Notes: generated from the letters alone by a model not told the origin. A stretch of 64,000 nt of DNA from an uncultured Methanosarcinaceae archaeon (GCA_963848985.1 CAWKGG010000043.1:12871-76870); one strand, 5' to 3'. Shown: positions 32,970 through 45,376, counted from the first letter of the stretch. A program made the numbers and translations.

Positions 32970-33757
32970 TCAACGCAGCGTTACTCGGAGCCTGTGGAAG
33001 AATGGGCTCCTTAATTGTAGAAACGATTACCTGCTTTCCAGATATTCAGCTCGTTGCAGCCTTTGACATAAGCAATTTTGGAAAGGATGTTGGAGAATTT
33101 ACTCGTGTGGGTAATCTGGGAATTAAGATATCGGACGTAAGAGATCTTGAAGCTGTTTTGAAAAAGAATCAGGTTGATGTACTTATCGACTTTACGGCAG
33201 CAATGGCAACAGCAGTAAATGCTCCAATAGCTGCTAGATGCGGAGTAAACCTTATAATAGGAACTACAGGCCTGACTACAGAACAGCGAAAAGTTATTGA
33301 CACAGCTATCAAGGAAAATCAGATAAGTGCGATTATTTCTCCCAATTATTCCATAGGTGTTAATGTCTTTTTTAGGATAATTAGGGAAGCTGCAAAGTAT
33401 CTCGCAGACTATGATATCGAGATTATAGAAACTCATCATAACCAGAAAAAAGATGCTCCAAGCGGGACCGCACTTCGGGCAGCCGATGTGATCAGTGATG
33501 CTGTTGGTGGAAAAGAGTATATCTATGGAAGAGAAGGAATCGCCCCTCGAGGCAAGGAAATAGGCATTCATGCTGTCCGAGCTGGAGATATTACAGGAGA
33601 TCACACAGTCCTTTTTGCAGGTAACTCAGAAAGGATCGAAATTCGGCACATTGCTCACTCTCCTCAGATTTTTGCCAAAGGCGCAGTCCATGCAGCAGAA
33701 TGGATATGCAAGCAAAAACCTGGAATTTATTCCATGGATGATGTACTTTGCTTGTAA
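32966..33757 (+). CDS. dapB: 4-hydroxy-tetrahydrodipicolinate reductase
   Basis: GACGRMG, IDFT, GTTG, ETHHNQKKDAPSGTA. Confidence 0.97.
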   Translation: MINAALLGACGRMGSLIVETITCFPDIQLVAAFDISNFGKDVGEFTRVGNLGIKISDVRDLEAVLKKNQVDVLIDFTAAMATAVNAPIAARCGVNLIIGTTGLTTEQRKVIDTAIKENQISAIISPNYSIGVNVFFRIIREAAKYLADYDIEIIETHHNQKKDAPSGTALRAADVISDAVGGKEYIYGREGIAPRGKEIGIHAVRAGDITGDHTVLFAGNSERIEIRHIAHSPQIFAKGAVHAAEWICKQKPGIYSMDDVLCL

Positions 33758-33999
33758 AAATAGCTTTGATATAGTTGAATAGGGCGCATATGTGGCTGGC
33801 CTCGGATTCTTTAACTTCTTTTGGAATTTTTTAATATCCTCTGGTATTGCTAAAATTTGAGGCAGTGTCGCAAATTTGGTGTGAGTTTGAAGTGAAATTC
33901 TTGTGTACTGTGTATTATTCTATTCTTTCGATATCGAATTTTAAGTTCTATAAACATATTGAAAAATGTTATGCTTAGGGGCTCGAAAAATTTTTATGC

Positions 34000-34190
34000 A
34001 CTGAATTATGCAGTGACACTGGAAATTGCCAGGTTTGCATATGGATTTTGGAGCGACGATTTCCGGAAGACTGAGATCGATGTGAAGATCATAAAATTAA
34101 TGTTGTTTCAGAAAATAAAAATGAAAATGTTGAGATAATCGTTAAGGATGCAGATAATATTCCGGAAAAAATTTTAAAGAAGTTTTTTCG
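34000..34190 (+). pseudogene. Second relic of the WILERRFP terminase-small-like gene
   Basis: GNCQVCIWILERRFPED*DR..KINVVSENKNENVEIIVKDADNI. Confidence 0.55.
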
Positions 34191-34867
34191 AGTCAGATAA
34201 AGTCACGAGTTACCAATTGTTTAAATACTTTCATCCGAATTCGATCTATCTAAATATTGTTATTGTTTTTCATCGGATATACTGAGGATAGTAACGATGA
34301 AAAACCGTTTATGAATGTCTAGACTACAAGGTTTGTTTATTATTCTAATAATTACTATTTTTGCCAATTTAAATTATATATTTGTTGGGTAGTGGAATTG
34401 GCTAAAAGTCTAATTTAATATTTACTACCAAAGTTATATTTGACCTTACATGGTAATTAAATGGTATATCGGGTCATAATTTTGAAAACCAGACTAAAAT
34501 CAACCTCCTTACCAGGGATAATGGTGTGTTTAATAGTCAAAAAATAGTAGGTATGGCAGAATTTCATTTGTTTGACTCTGTAATTCAAAAAATTTAATGT
34601 TTGTTCAGGTGATTAATGATTTAATTTTTTAGCCCTTAATCTTTAATCGAATAGATTTTCATAATTATAAAGGATGTAAAAAGTTTTAGTATACTCTAAA
34701 CTTATTAGATTTCTGAGCAGACTTGTTATACTAAACCCCATAAATTATAAAAATAGTAAAAAGGATTAATAAATGTAAAAAAGATCTATGGGTAATAGAT
34801 GAATAAAATTCCAAATTGTTTCTACTATCCAATTAACTGCAATTGAATAAAATTGAGGTATATATAT

Positions 34868-35791
34868 ATGATTTCAATTAATAAAAAGGATGTAATCGTA
34901 CCTTTAGATGTCCCAAAATCAATGCGTGAAACATACATTAAAAATTATATGGAGATCACAAAGGGCAGTGGGAGACTCATGCTTTTTGCCGGAGATCAGA
35001 AAGTAGAACATCTAAACGATGATTTTTATGGAGAAGGGGTGCCCGAAGATGACGCTGATCCAGAACACCTTTTTAAGATAGCATCTCAGGGAAAAATAGG
35101 AGTTTTTGCAGCTCAGCTAGGGTTAATTGCACGCTATGGTATGAATTACAAAGATGTGTCATATCTCGTGAAAGTGAATTCAAAGACTAATCTTGTAGAA
35201 ACCTCCCAGACAGATCCTTTTAGTAATCTCTGGTACGATGTAGATCAAGTGGTTGAATTTCAGGAAAACAGTGAGCTCAATATACTTGGTATAGGTTATA
35301 CCATTTACCTTGGCAGTGAGTTCGAAGCCGAAATGTTTGCACAGGCTGCCCAGGTAATTTACGACGCCCACAAGCACGGGATGATCTCAGTACTCTGGAT
35401 CTATCCGCGAGGTACTGCCGTAAAAAATGAAAAAGATCCGCACCTGATCGCAGGGGCAACAGGAGTAGGAGCCTGCCTTGGAACAGACTTTGTAAAAGTC
35501 AATTACCCAACAAATAAAGGAGCACAATCTGCCGAAATTTTTAAGGAAGCTATTATGGCAGCTGGCCGTACCAAAGTTATTTGTGCGGGTGGTACTAGTG
35601 ATGAACCTGAGACTTTCTTGAGAAAGCTTCATGATCAAATACATATATCTGGAGCTATGGGGAACGCAACTGGAAGAAATATTCACCAAAAAACTCTTGA
35701 AGAAGCTTTATGCATGTGTAATGCTGTCTATGCCATAACCGTTGAAGATGCAAGCTTCGAAGAGGCCCTTAAGATCTATAAAGAGAAATAA
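34868..35791 (+). CDS. Class I (DhnA-type) fructose-bisphosphate aldolase
   Basis: LFAGDQKVEH, GYTIYLGSE, LWIYPRG, DFVKVNYP, ATGRNIHQ; adjacent to pyk. Confidence 0.88.
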   Translation: MISINKKDVIVPLDVPKSMRETYIKNYMEITKGSGRLMLFAGDQKVEHLNDDFYGEGVPEDDADPEHLFKIASQGKIGVFAAQLGLIARYGMNYKDVSYLVKVNSKTNLVETSQTDPFSNLWYDVDQVVEFQENSELNILGIGYTIYLGSEFEAEMFAQAAQVIYDAHKHGMISVLWIYPRGTAVKNEKDPHLIAGATGVGACLGTDFVKVNYPTNKGAQSAEIFKEAIMAAGRTKVICAGGTSDEPETFLRKLHDQIHISGAMGNATGRNIHQKTLEEALCMCNAVYAITVEDASFEEALKIYKEK

Positions 35792-35949
35792 GAGAGGCTA
35801 CAAAATATATGGCAAAAATGTGTAAAATGATAGTGAAATTTGCTAACTAGAAAATGCCTATTTCCGGAGTCCTTATTAAGAAGGAAATTGTAATTTAGAG
35901 GTTTCGAAATGGCATAGATTAAAGCTTGAATACGAAAGGCTGTATAAAT

Positions 35950-37383
35950 ATGCAAATTCCAGACCATAAGACAAAGATTGTTTGCACAATAGGCCCAGCT
36001 TCTTCTTCGGAGAAAATAATCAGGGAACTTGTGCTTGCAGGCATGAACGTGGCAAGGATCAACTTTTCTCATGGTGACTTCGAAAGTCATAAAGAGGTAA
36101 TTCAGAGGGTCCGCAAAGTTGCCCAAGATCTTGATAGAATAGTTGCAATTCTTGCCGATTTACCCGGCCCAAAGATCCGTATAGGCAAACTGGAGAAAGA
36201 ACCGCTTATGCTTCATAAAGGAAACTTTGTGACCCTTACAGTTGACGAGTCTTTTGTAAATTCGAAACGTATCCCTGTAAGCTATAAGCAACTTCCGGAA
36301 AGTGTAGCTCCTGGAAATCTTATTTACTTAAGTGATGGATTTATACAGCTTCGTTGTCTTGAAATCTCGGGAAAAGATGTTCTTTGCGAGGTCCTCATCG
36401 GAGGGCAGCTTTATTCTCATAAAGGGCTGAATCTTCCAGGAGCAAAGATTTTCCTTGACCCTGTGACGGAAAAAGATTTAAAAATTCTTGAGTTCTGCTT
36501 GAATGAAGGACTTGACACTTTCAGTATCTCTTTTATAGAAGATGCCGGTGATATCAATAAAGTCCGAAGTTTTGCTGCAGAAAGAGGAAAATCTGTATAT
36601 ATTGTCGCTAAAATAGAGCGCAGAAGAGCTGTAGATAATATTGAGGAAATTCTTGTGGGAACAGATGCCCTTATGATTGCCAGAGGAGATTTGGGCGTTG
36701 AAATCCCCATCCAGGAAATCCCCTCTGTCCAGAAAGAACTTATCCAAAGTGCTAAACTTCTTGGAATTCCTGTAATTACAGCCACTCAAATGCTGGCTTC
36801 TATGAGTGATAACGTGAGACCTACCCGAGCAGAGGTGACAGATGTCGCCAATGCAATCCTTGATGGGACAGATGCTGTCATGCTTTCGGAAGAAACAGCT
36901 GTTGGCAACTATCCTGTAGAGGCTGTTGATATGATGGGAAAAATTGCAACAACCACTGAAAACTGGCGCTCTCGGACAAAATGGGGTCTTGATACAATGA
37001 TCAAGGGTATTACGGCCAGAGAAATGTCAGTGGATGAGGTAATAACTCTCCAAGTTCACGAAGCTCTGCAAAAACTGCCGATTGCAGCTGTTTTGACTCC
37101 TACAAGAAGCGGAGCAACTCCTCGAAGGATTTCACGCTTCAAGCCTGAAATCTGGATCCTCGCATTCAGTCGTTTCCCAGAAACCTGTGGTTTTCTTTCC
37201 TTATCCTATGGCGTTTATCCGGTTATTGTGAAAAAAGTAATTGAAAACTGGGAAGTAGAAACCACTAACAGAGCTAAAGAACTGGGGTTTGCAAACAGTG
37301 GAGATATTGTAGTTTTTACCCAGGGCCCTTCCTCAGGAAAACCCGGAGGTACAAACATGCTTAAGATCCTTTCTCTTGACTGA
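35950..37383 (+). CDS. pyk: Pyruvate kinase
   Basis: KTKIVCTIGPAS, ARINFSHG, AKIE, MIARGDLG, ATQML, MLSEETA. Confidence 0.97.
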   Translation: MQIPDHKTKIVCTIGPASSSEKIIRELVLAGMNVARINFSHGDFESHKEVIQRVRKVAQDLDRIVAILADLPGPKIRIGKLEKEPLMLHKGNFVTLTVDESFVNSKRIPVSYKQLPESVAPGNLIYLSDGFIQLRCLEISGKDVLCEVLIGGQLYSHKGLNLPGAKIFLDPVTEKDLKILEFCLNEGLDTFSISFIEDAGDINKVRSFAAERGKSVYIVAKIERRRAVDNIEEILVGTDALMIARGDLGVEIPIQEIPSVQKELIQSAKLLGIPVITATQMLASMSDNVRPTRAEVTDVANAILDGTDAVMLSEETAVGNYPVEAVDMMGKIATTTENWRSRTKWGLDTMIKGITAREMSVDEVITLQVHEALQKLPIAAVLTPTRSGATPRRISRFKPEIWILAFSRFPETCGFLSLSYGVYPVIVKKVIENWEVETTNRAKELGFANSGDIVVFTQGPSSGKPGGTNMLKILSLD

Positions 37384-37560
37384 ACTCAAAAACAGCCGAA
37401 CTTAAATACCATAAATTCCAGTTTAAAAGCATATCTTTGTTTGATATTGTTTCCAATAGATGAAAATGAGGTAGAAAACCTTCCTGTGCCACATATGTAT
37501 ATATCAGAAATGTGTTTTCTACTGTTAGAAAAATCCATCTTATGTTATGAGGTTTCATTA

Positions 37561-38463
37561 ATGAAAAGAAATGGACCAGCAACAAAAAATCAGAAATATC
37601 TGGCTATTCTCTTGGCTGTTATAATGGTTTTCTCAGTCTTTGTTATATTTTTTGCTAACAGTTTAAAAACAGGTAGCAACAATGATTTTTCCACTAAAGC
37701 AGTTGACGATAAAAGTTATACAATCCCCTTTTCCCAAATACCCGGAAAACATGTACATCATCAATTTAATTCTATTGTAGATGGATTGAACATATCTCCT
37801 GAAGGGGTAATGACTGCAATCTACATTGACCTCCTAAAATCAAAAGGAACTCCTTTAGGGACTCTTTTTAAAAATAAAGATCTGAAAGACTTTTATGGTG
37901 CAGATGTTACAAGATGCTACCGTGCAAATTACGCTAACGGAAGTGGGTTCGAATTGAACCAGATCCCAGAGCAGAAGATTCTGATGCCCTGGGGTTTAGT
38001 TCCGTATAATGGATACAATCTTCTTCTGAAGACAAACAACACCTACAATATGTGGAGTGTAGTCGGAAACCCTGTGATCAGTGGCTCTCGTCAGAGTGTT
38101 AAAGATGTAATCGATATAATGGAGAAAAACAAAACTTCTACCCGCGAGTATGATCAGATTTTGAGCCAGGCGGAACCTGAGGATGTGATACTCGAGGAAG
38201 TAGCAACAAAAAACAATGTTACGAACATCCTCGCTGAAAAGTATTATATGGATCTCAAAAAACTAGATAACGGTAGTTATATACAGACGTTCATGTTACT
38301 CAATCCTGAGCCAAAGGTAACCAAAAATATAGTAGCTCTCAAGGCAAGCTCGAGCGAACGCGGAGTAACCTATAATGTAACGAATTCAGGAAACATTATT
38401 AAACTGAAGATGAGCTCTGATTTTGCAAGTCTGAACAATGAAACAAAATTACTTTCATTGTAA
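37561..38463 (+). CDS. Membrane-anchored hypothetical protein
   Basis: Basic N-terminus plus one TM helix; ATG at 37561 is more plausible than 37441. Confidence 0.7.
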   Translation: MKRNGPATKNQKYLAILLAVIMVFSVFVIFFANSLKTGSNNDFSTKAVDDKSYTIPFSQIPGKHVHHQFNSIVDGLNISPEGVMTAIYIDLLKSKGTPLGTLFKNKDLKDFYGADVTRCYRANYANGSGFELNQIPEQKILMPWGLVPYNGYNLLLKTNNTYNMWSVVGNPVISGSRQSVKDVIDIMEKNKTSTREYDQILSQAEPEDVILEEVATKNNVTNILAEKYYMDLKKLDNGSYIQTFMLLNPEPKVTKNIVALKASSSERGVTYNVTNSGNIIKLKMSSDFASLNNETKLLSL

Positions 38464-39039
38464 GGAGGCAATTTTTACCCATCTCAATTTTTTTATTTTT
38501 TGTCAAAACCCCAAATTTTACTTTCTTTCATTTTTGTCTACCATTTTAATGGTTAGGGATGAAAGCCTCCAACTTCCGAACTATTGATATTTTTTAAACC
38601 TTAAATTTATATTTTGAGATCTTTAAATTTTAACATTGTGTTTTTTTGTAAAAAGCAATGCAGACAAAATTTATATAAAGTATAACAGGTAAAAAAGCGA
38701 GGAGACAATTAATTTCTTCTATATTTTTTAAAATATGTGTTAATAAGTCATTTATTTAATTTACTGATTAAAGTCGACAAATATTGACTGTCAAGGATAG
38801 TTAAGAATTCATTACTCCGATGGTTTAAATTTTCTCACCTTTTGATATAAATTCTACTCAATATTCAATGAATTGATCGTCCTCGATTATTTGATTGGTG
38901 TTTTCAAGAGTAAGTTTCCATTGTGATGAATGCTTAAGTTTTCATTAATGGAACATTATGTTCTATTTCGCTGAAACGCGGAACAAAAAAGGCCGAGATA
39001 ATGGTTGTATGAGTATTGATTGGAAATAATATCAATCAA

Positions 39040-39234
39040 ATAAAATAGAAAGTACCAGCTTACAGGATTCGCATGCTTGGAGCGACAAGGCATAGTTCTA
39101 ATATTTTAAATCAACCAGTTGAAGCAATACAAGCATAAGAAAAAGCAGTTGAAATTGACCAAGAGTATTCAAGTGCTTGGTACAATCGTGCATATATTTG
39201 TTCTCTCCTCAACAACAATGATCAATCAGTCCTT
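39040..39234 (+). pseudogene. TPR relic ending at a family C MITE-like element
   Basis: QDSHAWSDK..EAIQA*EKAVEIDQEYSSAWYNRAYICSLLNNNDQSVL then AGAGGATTTC. Confidence 0.65.
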
Positions 39235-39510
39235 AGAGGATTTCAATAAATTCCTAAATTTTGTTATCTGCTTATATATAGTATCTAAATGATACGTGAA
39301 AGTCATAGGTTTCTCGAAATTTTCTAAGATTTTTAGACTTATTTTAGTAAGTAGACTTATTTTAGTAAATAATAATTACATTTTTTTTTGAAAATTCAGT
39401 GTATCAATCCAATTCATGGAACTCAAGTATTACCTTCTCCTAGATACAGACTTATTATTTGATTTCCTCTAAATTGTGAGAGTCACTTGTAAGAAAATTT
39501 TTATACAGGT

Positions 39511-40073
39511 TCAGGTCTTTTTATCAATATTGATAAACCATTCCAGAAACTTATCAATGGCCATCCGACGGTGTGAAACCTTGTTCTTCTCTTCATATCT
39601 AAGTTCCCCGAAAGTAATGCCCTGATACTCAAAAATAGGGTCGTATCCAAAACCGCCTATGCCTCGCTCTTCATGCGCTATCTTCCCTTTCACAACGCCT
39701 GAAAAAACAAGAGGCTCTTTCCCAGGTTCGCAGTATCCGATTACTGTCTTAAAGTAAGCTGTTCTGTCTTCTTCTTTTTCCATTAGTTTGAGCACTTTCA
39801 GGTTTCCGAGTTTATTTTCCACAAAGCGAGAATATGGGCCTGGAAAGCCATTTAAGACTCTTATGAATATTCCGGAATCATCAACCATTACAGGCATGTT
39901 CAGTTTATTTGCAGCATGTTGCGCTCCATAGGCTGCAATAGGTTCAAGTTCATCTTCCTGAAGTTCAGGATAGCCGTTTTTGTCCTGAATTACTTCAACT
40001 CCAAAGTTTTGAGAATGTCCCTTACCTCTACAAACTTGTCCTTATTTCCCGTAACAAAAACGATCTTATGCAT
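39511..40073 (-). CDS. rdgB: XTP/dITP diphosphatase (RdgB/HAM1), one frameshift near 40005
   Basis: MHKIVFVTGNKDKF / YPELQ..DDSG..GFPGPYS..GFGYDPIF..KNKVSHR. Confidence 0.9.
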
Positions 40074-41710
40074 AGCGAGCTCTCTTTTTAATCTCTCCAA
40101 CTCGCTTGAGTACATCTTCTGAATCTATAAAAGTACTTTGGTACCCTTTTTTGAATGCTTCGATAAGAGCTATGTGGTCGCTGTGTGTGCTCTCAAAGGT
40201 CTGAAAAAGCACATGGACATCCACACCTCTGGCTTCCAGGCCTTTATCGAAATAAGCGAGTCCGAAGTCCAGAAGATAAAGCTTCTTACCTGCAAGCATG
40301 AGATTTGAGGTGGTTAGGTCTCCGTGTACTATACCTGAACTATGAAGTTTTCCGATGAGTTTTCCTACGTTTTTAGATATTTCAGGATTGATAAGATATT
40401 TTATGGGAACTCCTTCTATGTACTGCATTTTGAGCTTGAAATCTTCTACATCATAGATGATAGGTGTCGAAATCCCATAGCTTCGGGCTTCAGACATTAA
40501 TTTAGCTTCGGTACGGTTTCTTTCCTTCCTAATAATTTCGTCGATATCTTTATGCCTGTAAACCTTCGGAATCCTTTCTTTAACAAGCACTTTTTTTCCT
40601 TCAGGTCCTTCTTCCAGATATACAACAGCTTCAGCTCCGTTTTCTAGCATTTCTCCTGAGGGAATTCTGAAGAAATCTTCATAGGAAATTTCAGGGATTT
40701 TTTTCATTTCTTCTTCTCTAATCCATATAACATTTACATCGTCAGTCCTGAAACTTCGGGTTTACACGGGAGTTTTCAAGGGTGAGAGTATTTCCTGACT
40801 TATACATCAGAAGACCTGTATATGCGATCATGGTTCCATTATCTCCCATGAAACATTTTTCTGGCACATAAAATTTTGCGCCTCTTGCATTGCACATTTC
40901 GTTTAACATCTCTCGAAGCCTTGTATTTGCTCCGACTCCTCCTGCCAGAAGCACTTCTTTTTTTCCTGTATGAGCAAGAGCACGCTCCACAACTTCCACA
41001 ACCATTGCGAAAGCAGTTTCCTGATAAGAATAGCAGACATCTTCAAGGGGCGTTGTTTTTAGGGCTTCACTGGAAGCCGTTGCGAGCCCAGAAAAGGAAA
41101 GGTCCATTCCCTTTACAACATAAGGGAGAGGAATATACTTTTTTGCGTTTTTTGCGTATGCCTCAATCTTTGGTCCTCCAGGATGCTGCAAGCCAGCTCC
41201 TCGTGCAAATTTATCAAGGGCATTCCCAAGTCCTATATCCAAAGTCTCTCCAAAAATTCTGTATCTTCCTCCCATATAGGAGATAACCTGCGAATTGGCT
41301 CCGCTTACATAGAGAATAACAGGATCTTTTGTCAGCGTTTTCCAGATTCCTATTTCTATGTGGGCGATACAGTGGTTAACCCCTATCAAGGGAACTCCAA
41401 GAGAAAGGGAAAGCATTCTAGCTGCTGTTGCAACAGTTCTCAAGCATGGTCCCAGTCCAGGTCCTTGTGAAAAAGCTATCCCGTCAATATACGAAGGCTC
41501 GACTCCTTTTTCTTTTGCCTTTGTAAGGAGTCTTTTGATTACACTTGATGCATATTTTGCATGGTGCTGAGCGGCTTCTCGGGGGTGTATTCCTCCGATT
41601 TCGGGTTTATATGTCTCTGTAACCTCAACAATAATCTCAGTCTCGTTTACGATTGCTGCACTAAGGTTCCAGGCAGTGCCTTCGATTCCAAGAATAAAAG
41701 TGTTTTTCAA
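40066..41710 (-). CDS. kae1: Kae1-Bud32 fusion (KEOPS, t6A synthesis), apparently split by a 1-nt insertion near 40750
   Basis: GIEGTAW, GPGL, VNHCIAHIE, SGANSQ, GDNG; removing one base gives ...FRTDDVNVIWIREEE-MKK into Bud32 (GAEA, HGDLTTSN, DFGL). Confidence 0.93.
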
Positions 41711-42699
41711 GGCTTATGGTCTCCTTTAAGTCCTTTTCCTCAGCTTTTTGTCACTGCCTTCGATAATACTGGATAGAACTTATATAAATTTGCTTTTCTG
41801 ACATCCATTGAAGAAATTTTGATTTTTTTTCACGGCTTTAAAATTTCCAAATTCTTCCACACTTTCTTCTGTATAGAAAAAAACAGGTTTTTTTCAATTT
41901 TTTTCTTAAATTCATCAAAAAGAGATCCGAAATGTCGAAATTTTGAGATGGAGGAGTCAGAAACTTGTATTAAGTTTTATTTTAGAGTGCTCATCATTTG
42001 TTTTCTTGGCTCTCAATATCCTTTTTACAACATCAAAAGTTAAAGAATCAATTGTAGTATGAACTTAGATAAAGTCAATAATGTAGGGAGCCTCTTTTTC
42101 CGTTAGGGAAATTCTAATCTTAATTGCTTCGATGTATATCCTTTTATTTTTGATACCATTGAATAGACTACTATTTTTGGATCTACATTTAATAGCAAAT
42201 GCACATGAACCGGGATTATCTCCATGTCAAAAATTTCATAACAAATTCTTCTTGTTTTTCTAAGATAAGTTATTTGAGTTTTATAGTTATTTTGCCTGTT
42301 AATAGTGATTTTTTGTATTTTGGACCAAAGATTATATGTACTGGCAACTATACACTAAAGGTTTATTCTTTTTATACTTTTTTGCTAATATATCCCCAGC
42401 TCAATCCCGGTCGCTATTTCTTATAAACAAGTTCATTCTAAAACACAAAATTTACTTATAAACTTAAGGTTATACTTTAAAAAGTCAGTCTTTTTCATAA
42501 ATATAGCATGAGCTAAAAAAAATAACAATACTTTGAAAGCCAGATAACTTTGTTGATATTTATAGTAAGATACTTTTTATCTTATATTGATAAAAATTCT
42601 AGGCCTCCAAGTAATCATAAAATCCATTTATCAGATTTTCTTTTTAAGGTAATTTACCATCATTTTAGAGATTTTCTTTTGCGTAACTTCTGTCACTGT

Positions 42700-42881
42700 T
42701 GTATTATGGAATTTTGTTTTCGTATTATTTTTTACTATAAGCGACATTGTGTGATTTCAGGTTGCTGAATAATGATGCTTTGGGATCTGGATTGTGAGTA
42801 TTTTATGTTTCCAAAGTCCTAATAAGATGAAATTAGTGATCCTATATTTTTTTCAGTGAACACAACATCAAGTGGTATATT
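42700..42881 (-). pseudogene. Decayed PKD domain formerly C-terminal to the C1A peptidase
   Basis: IPLDVVFTEKNIGSLISSY*DFGN...PKHHYSAT*NHTMSLIVKN matches PKD consensus with stops and shifts. Confidence 0.6.
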
Positions 42882-44495
42882 TCAGGAGGTAGAGGTTGCA
42901 AAAAACTCAGTAACTTTCGATGTATTCCCAGTTTCCGTGAAAGCCTTGATACATACATTTGTATTTGAGTAACCTGAATCTGTTGTTATATCTGTCCAAG
43001 TATTTCCATTTGAACTGACAAAACTCTCCCCGGAATTTGCTTTTGCTTTACTACTATATCCAGAGATCGGTGTTTCTACTGCAATCGGGTAATTGTATTT
43101 AGAGTTTGTAAGTTTCAAGACTACGGAAAATTTATGGTCAGCTTTGAGTTGAATTCCAGAACTTAGATTAACTGTGTGGTAGCCTGACATGGAGATTAAA
43201 CCACTTTGGGTAAGAACCGGATCAGCTTGACTAATGGGTGTGGTACTTGGATTAGTGTAAATGTATATTTTGTAGTTGCAGTTTAAGTCTGTTGTATAGA
43301 AACTTACTGCTTCGAGGACTTCGTTAGATTTTGCAGTAAAGATGTTTGCACACCATCCAGTTTGGCTGCCATATCCAAAGTTACCTGTCCACCCTAATGG
43401 GTCGTATTGATAGATGTTTGTATAATCATTAGGATTTTCAGCCGTGAAAACACCATTATTAGAGCTTCCTATCGATGAATCATAGTAGGAAACATAGAAA
43501 TATCCATTATCACCCCACTGAGGACCCCAACTATTTTTCACGATAAATGCTCCGTTTCCTGGCGGAACCTGAGAGAAATTATTCTTATCAAAAGAGTCAT
43601 CCCAGCCCACAATAGCCACTGCGTGGTTAGGGTTTGAGGTTCCTTTATAGTAATAATTGTGCTTGGTTGAGGAATAAGATGTGGGATTATAGTACAATGT
43701 GGTCCATACAGCTCCATAGTTCTGAACGGCCGATTTTATTTCTGCATTGTCCAAAGAACCATGCCTACCTGGAAGGAAAAGTACATTTTGTACATGTTTC
43801 TGTAAAGGAAGGCCGAGCTCGCTGGGCGAATAGGTTGATGAATCACGATAAGGATCATTGCTTCCAGAGATAGGTCCACTCCAGCGAGTCAGGTAAGCAG
43901 TTGACATAAACATGTTTCCCCCTTCATTTAAATCAAATCCATCCGGATAAGCAGGAGAAAGCAAATTTTTTAAATTATTTTCCGAAAATTCCCACTGTTC
44001 TATCGGCATTAAGTATGATTCAAGAGACGCATAGGTTGCAAATGCCCAACAATTCCCTGCATTACCCTGATCTTTCACATGCGTAATTCTGTTTAGTTCC
44101 CTCAGATCATAGTGAGTCGGAGTAGATGTATTTGCTCCAGAAATACTACTAAGTAGAAGATGGCGATGAGTGCTTAGATGACGAAGATCCACAGGTGCCG
44201 GTATGAAGCCTGTTCTATATTCATCTAGGGAATAAAAATTCTCTGGATTAGAAACTATGTTCCTTTGATATTTGACAAACTCAGGGTTTTCTGGTGCAAA
44301 TTCAAGCTTTGGAGAAAATTCAGTATGATTTGCGATATTTTTCTTAATTTCAAATGATTTGTTATCGGCTAAGAATCCTGTATATGCCATTGCTATCGAT
44401 GAGCCTATAACTAAAAATAAAATAAATATTCCAATAATTATTAGCTTTCGTGTTTTCATATTTACAAGGTTTTTTATATCGAAATATTTTTTCAT
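42882..44495 (-). CDS. Secreted C1A papain-family peptidase with lectin-like domain
   Basis: Signal peptide; VKDQG.AGNCWAF, NHAVAIVGWDD, KNSWG; YQYDPLGW. Confidence 0.92.
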   Translation of the reverse strand: MKKYFDIKNLVNMKTRKLIIIGIFILFLVIGSSIAMAYTGFLADNKSFEIKKNIANHTEFSPKLEFAPENPEFVKYQRNIVSNPENFYSLDEYRTGFIPAPVDLRHLSTHRHLLLSSISGANTSTPTHYDLRELNRITHVKDQGNAGNCWAFATYASLESYLMPIEQWEFSENNLKNLLSPAYPDGFDLNEGGNMFMSTAYLTRWSGPISGSNDPYRDSSTYSPSELGLPLQKHVQNVLFLPGRHGSLDNAEIKSAVQNYGAVWTTLYYNPTSYSSTKHNYYYKGTSNPNHAVAIVGWDDSFDKNNFSQVPPGNGAFIVKNSWGPQWGDNGYFYVSYYDSSIGSSNNGVFTAENPNDYTNIYQYDPLGWTGNFGYGSQTGWCANIFTAKSNEVLEAVSFYTTDLNCNYKIYIYTNPSTTPISQADPVLTQSGLISMSGYHTVNLSSGIQLKADHKFSVVLKLTNSKYNYPIAVETPISGYSSKAKANSGESFVSSNGNTWTDITTDSGYSNTNVCIKAFTETGNTSKVTEFFATSTS

Positions 44496-44917
44496 TTTTA
44501 TTTCCCCCTTATTTTATATTTCCTTATTGTTTGTGAGTTATGGATCGAATTTAAAAAAAGAGCATAAATACTGTGTGTAAAAAAATTTAATAAAACATTT
44601 TCATTCCTTTTTTAATAAATTGATAAACCCGTAACCTTTCTCTAACTTGATTCATTCCCTAATTTCATATTCTGCAAACAGTGATATCAACCTCTTACAA
44701 CTGTTAGATATTTTAGTTTGAGGAGGCAGATTCCAATAATATTGCGTATATCCTAGTTTAATATGTACCAACTAACACATAAATCTCAATGTTACAATTG
44801 TATTAAATAGGTGTGATTATATTTAGAACTATTTGATGATAATTTGTTATACTTGCATATTATGATGAGAAGTTTTATCAAAAAATAATTGCTTAAATTG
44901 CTCATTTTATATTAATT

Positions 44918-45033
44918 AGGACTGAAATAGTTTAATTGAAAAATCCATAGCATTAGACTTCAAAATGTCTAAAATCGAAGTTGAAACTACAATGCCCAAT
45001 ATACTTGATTTCTATTTTAAGTGTGTAAGTCCC
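44918..45033. mobile_element. MITE-like element, family A
   Basis: AGGACTGAAATAGTTTAA...TTAAGTGTGTAAGTCCC, about 116 bp. Confidence 0.5.
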
Positions 45034-45376
45034 ATTGAGCAATCAAATTAGAATAATCTGTTTTGAACGGCCATTAATTTAGAAAGAATAATGCAAAATC
45101 CTTTGCAATGTGAACTATATTAATTTCTTAGCTTACGACAGTTTCATAAAAATCATCAAAAAGGCAAAAATGGCGGATTTAGGAAGCTGTTTCCACTATA
45201 GTGAAATTGATGATTCTTTACTCTGGGCACTTATTTAGATAGAAAAGTTTGGAATTACGATTTTGGGAGGAATTAGCGGAATATGCGTCCTTGAAGAAAA
45301 CGAAATTAAAATTGAAACGAAACCTCTTTCTACGATTGTGGAGTACAAAACGATGTCATAAATATGAGGCAAGCAG

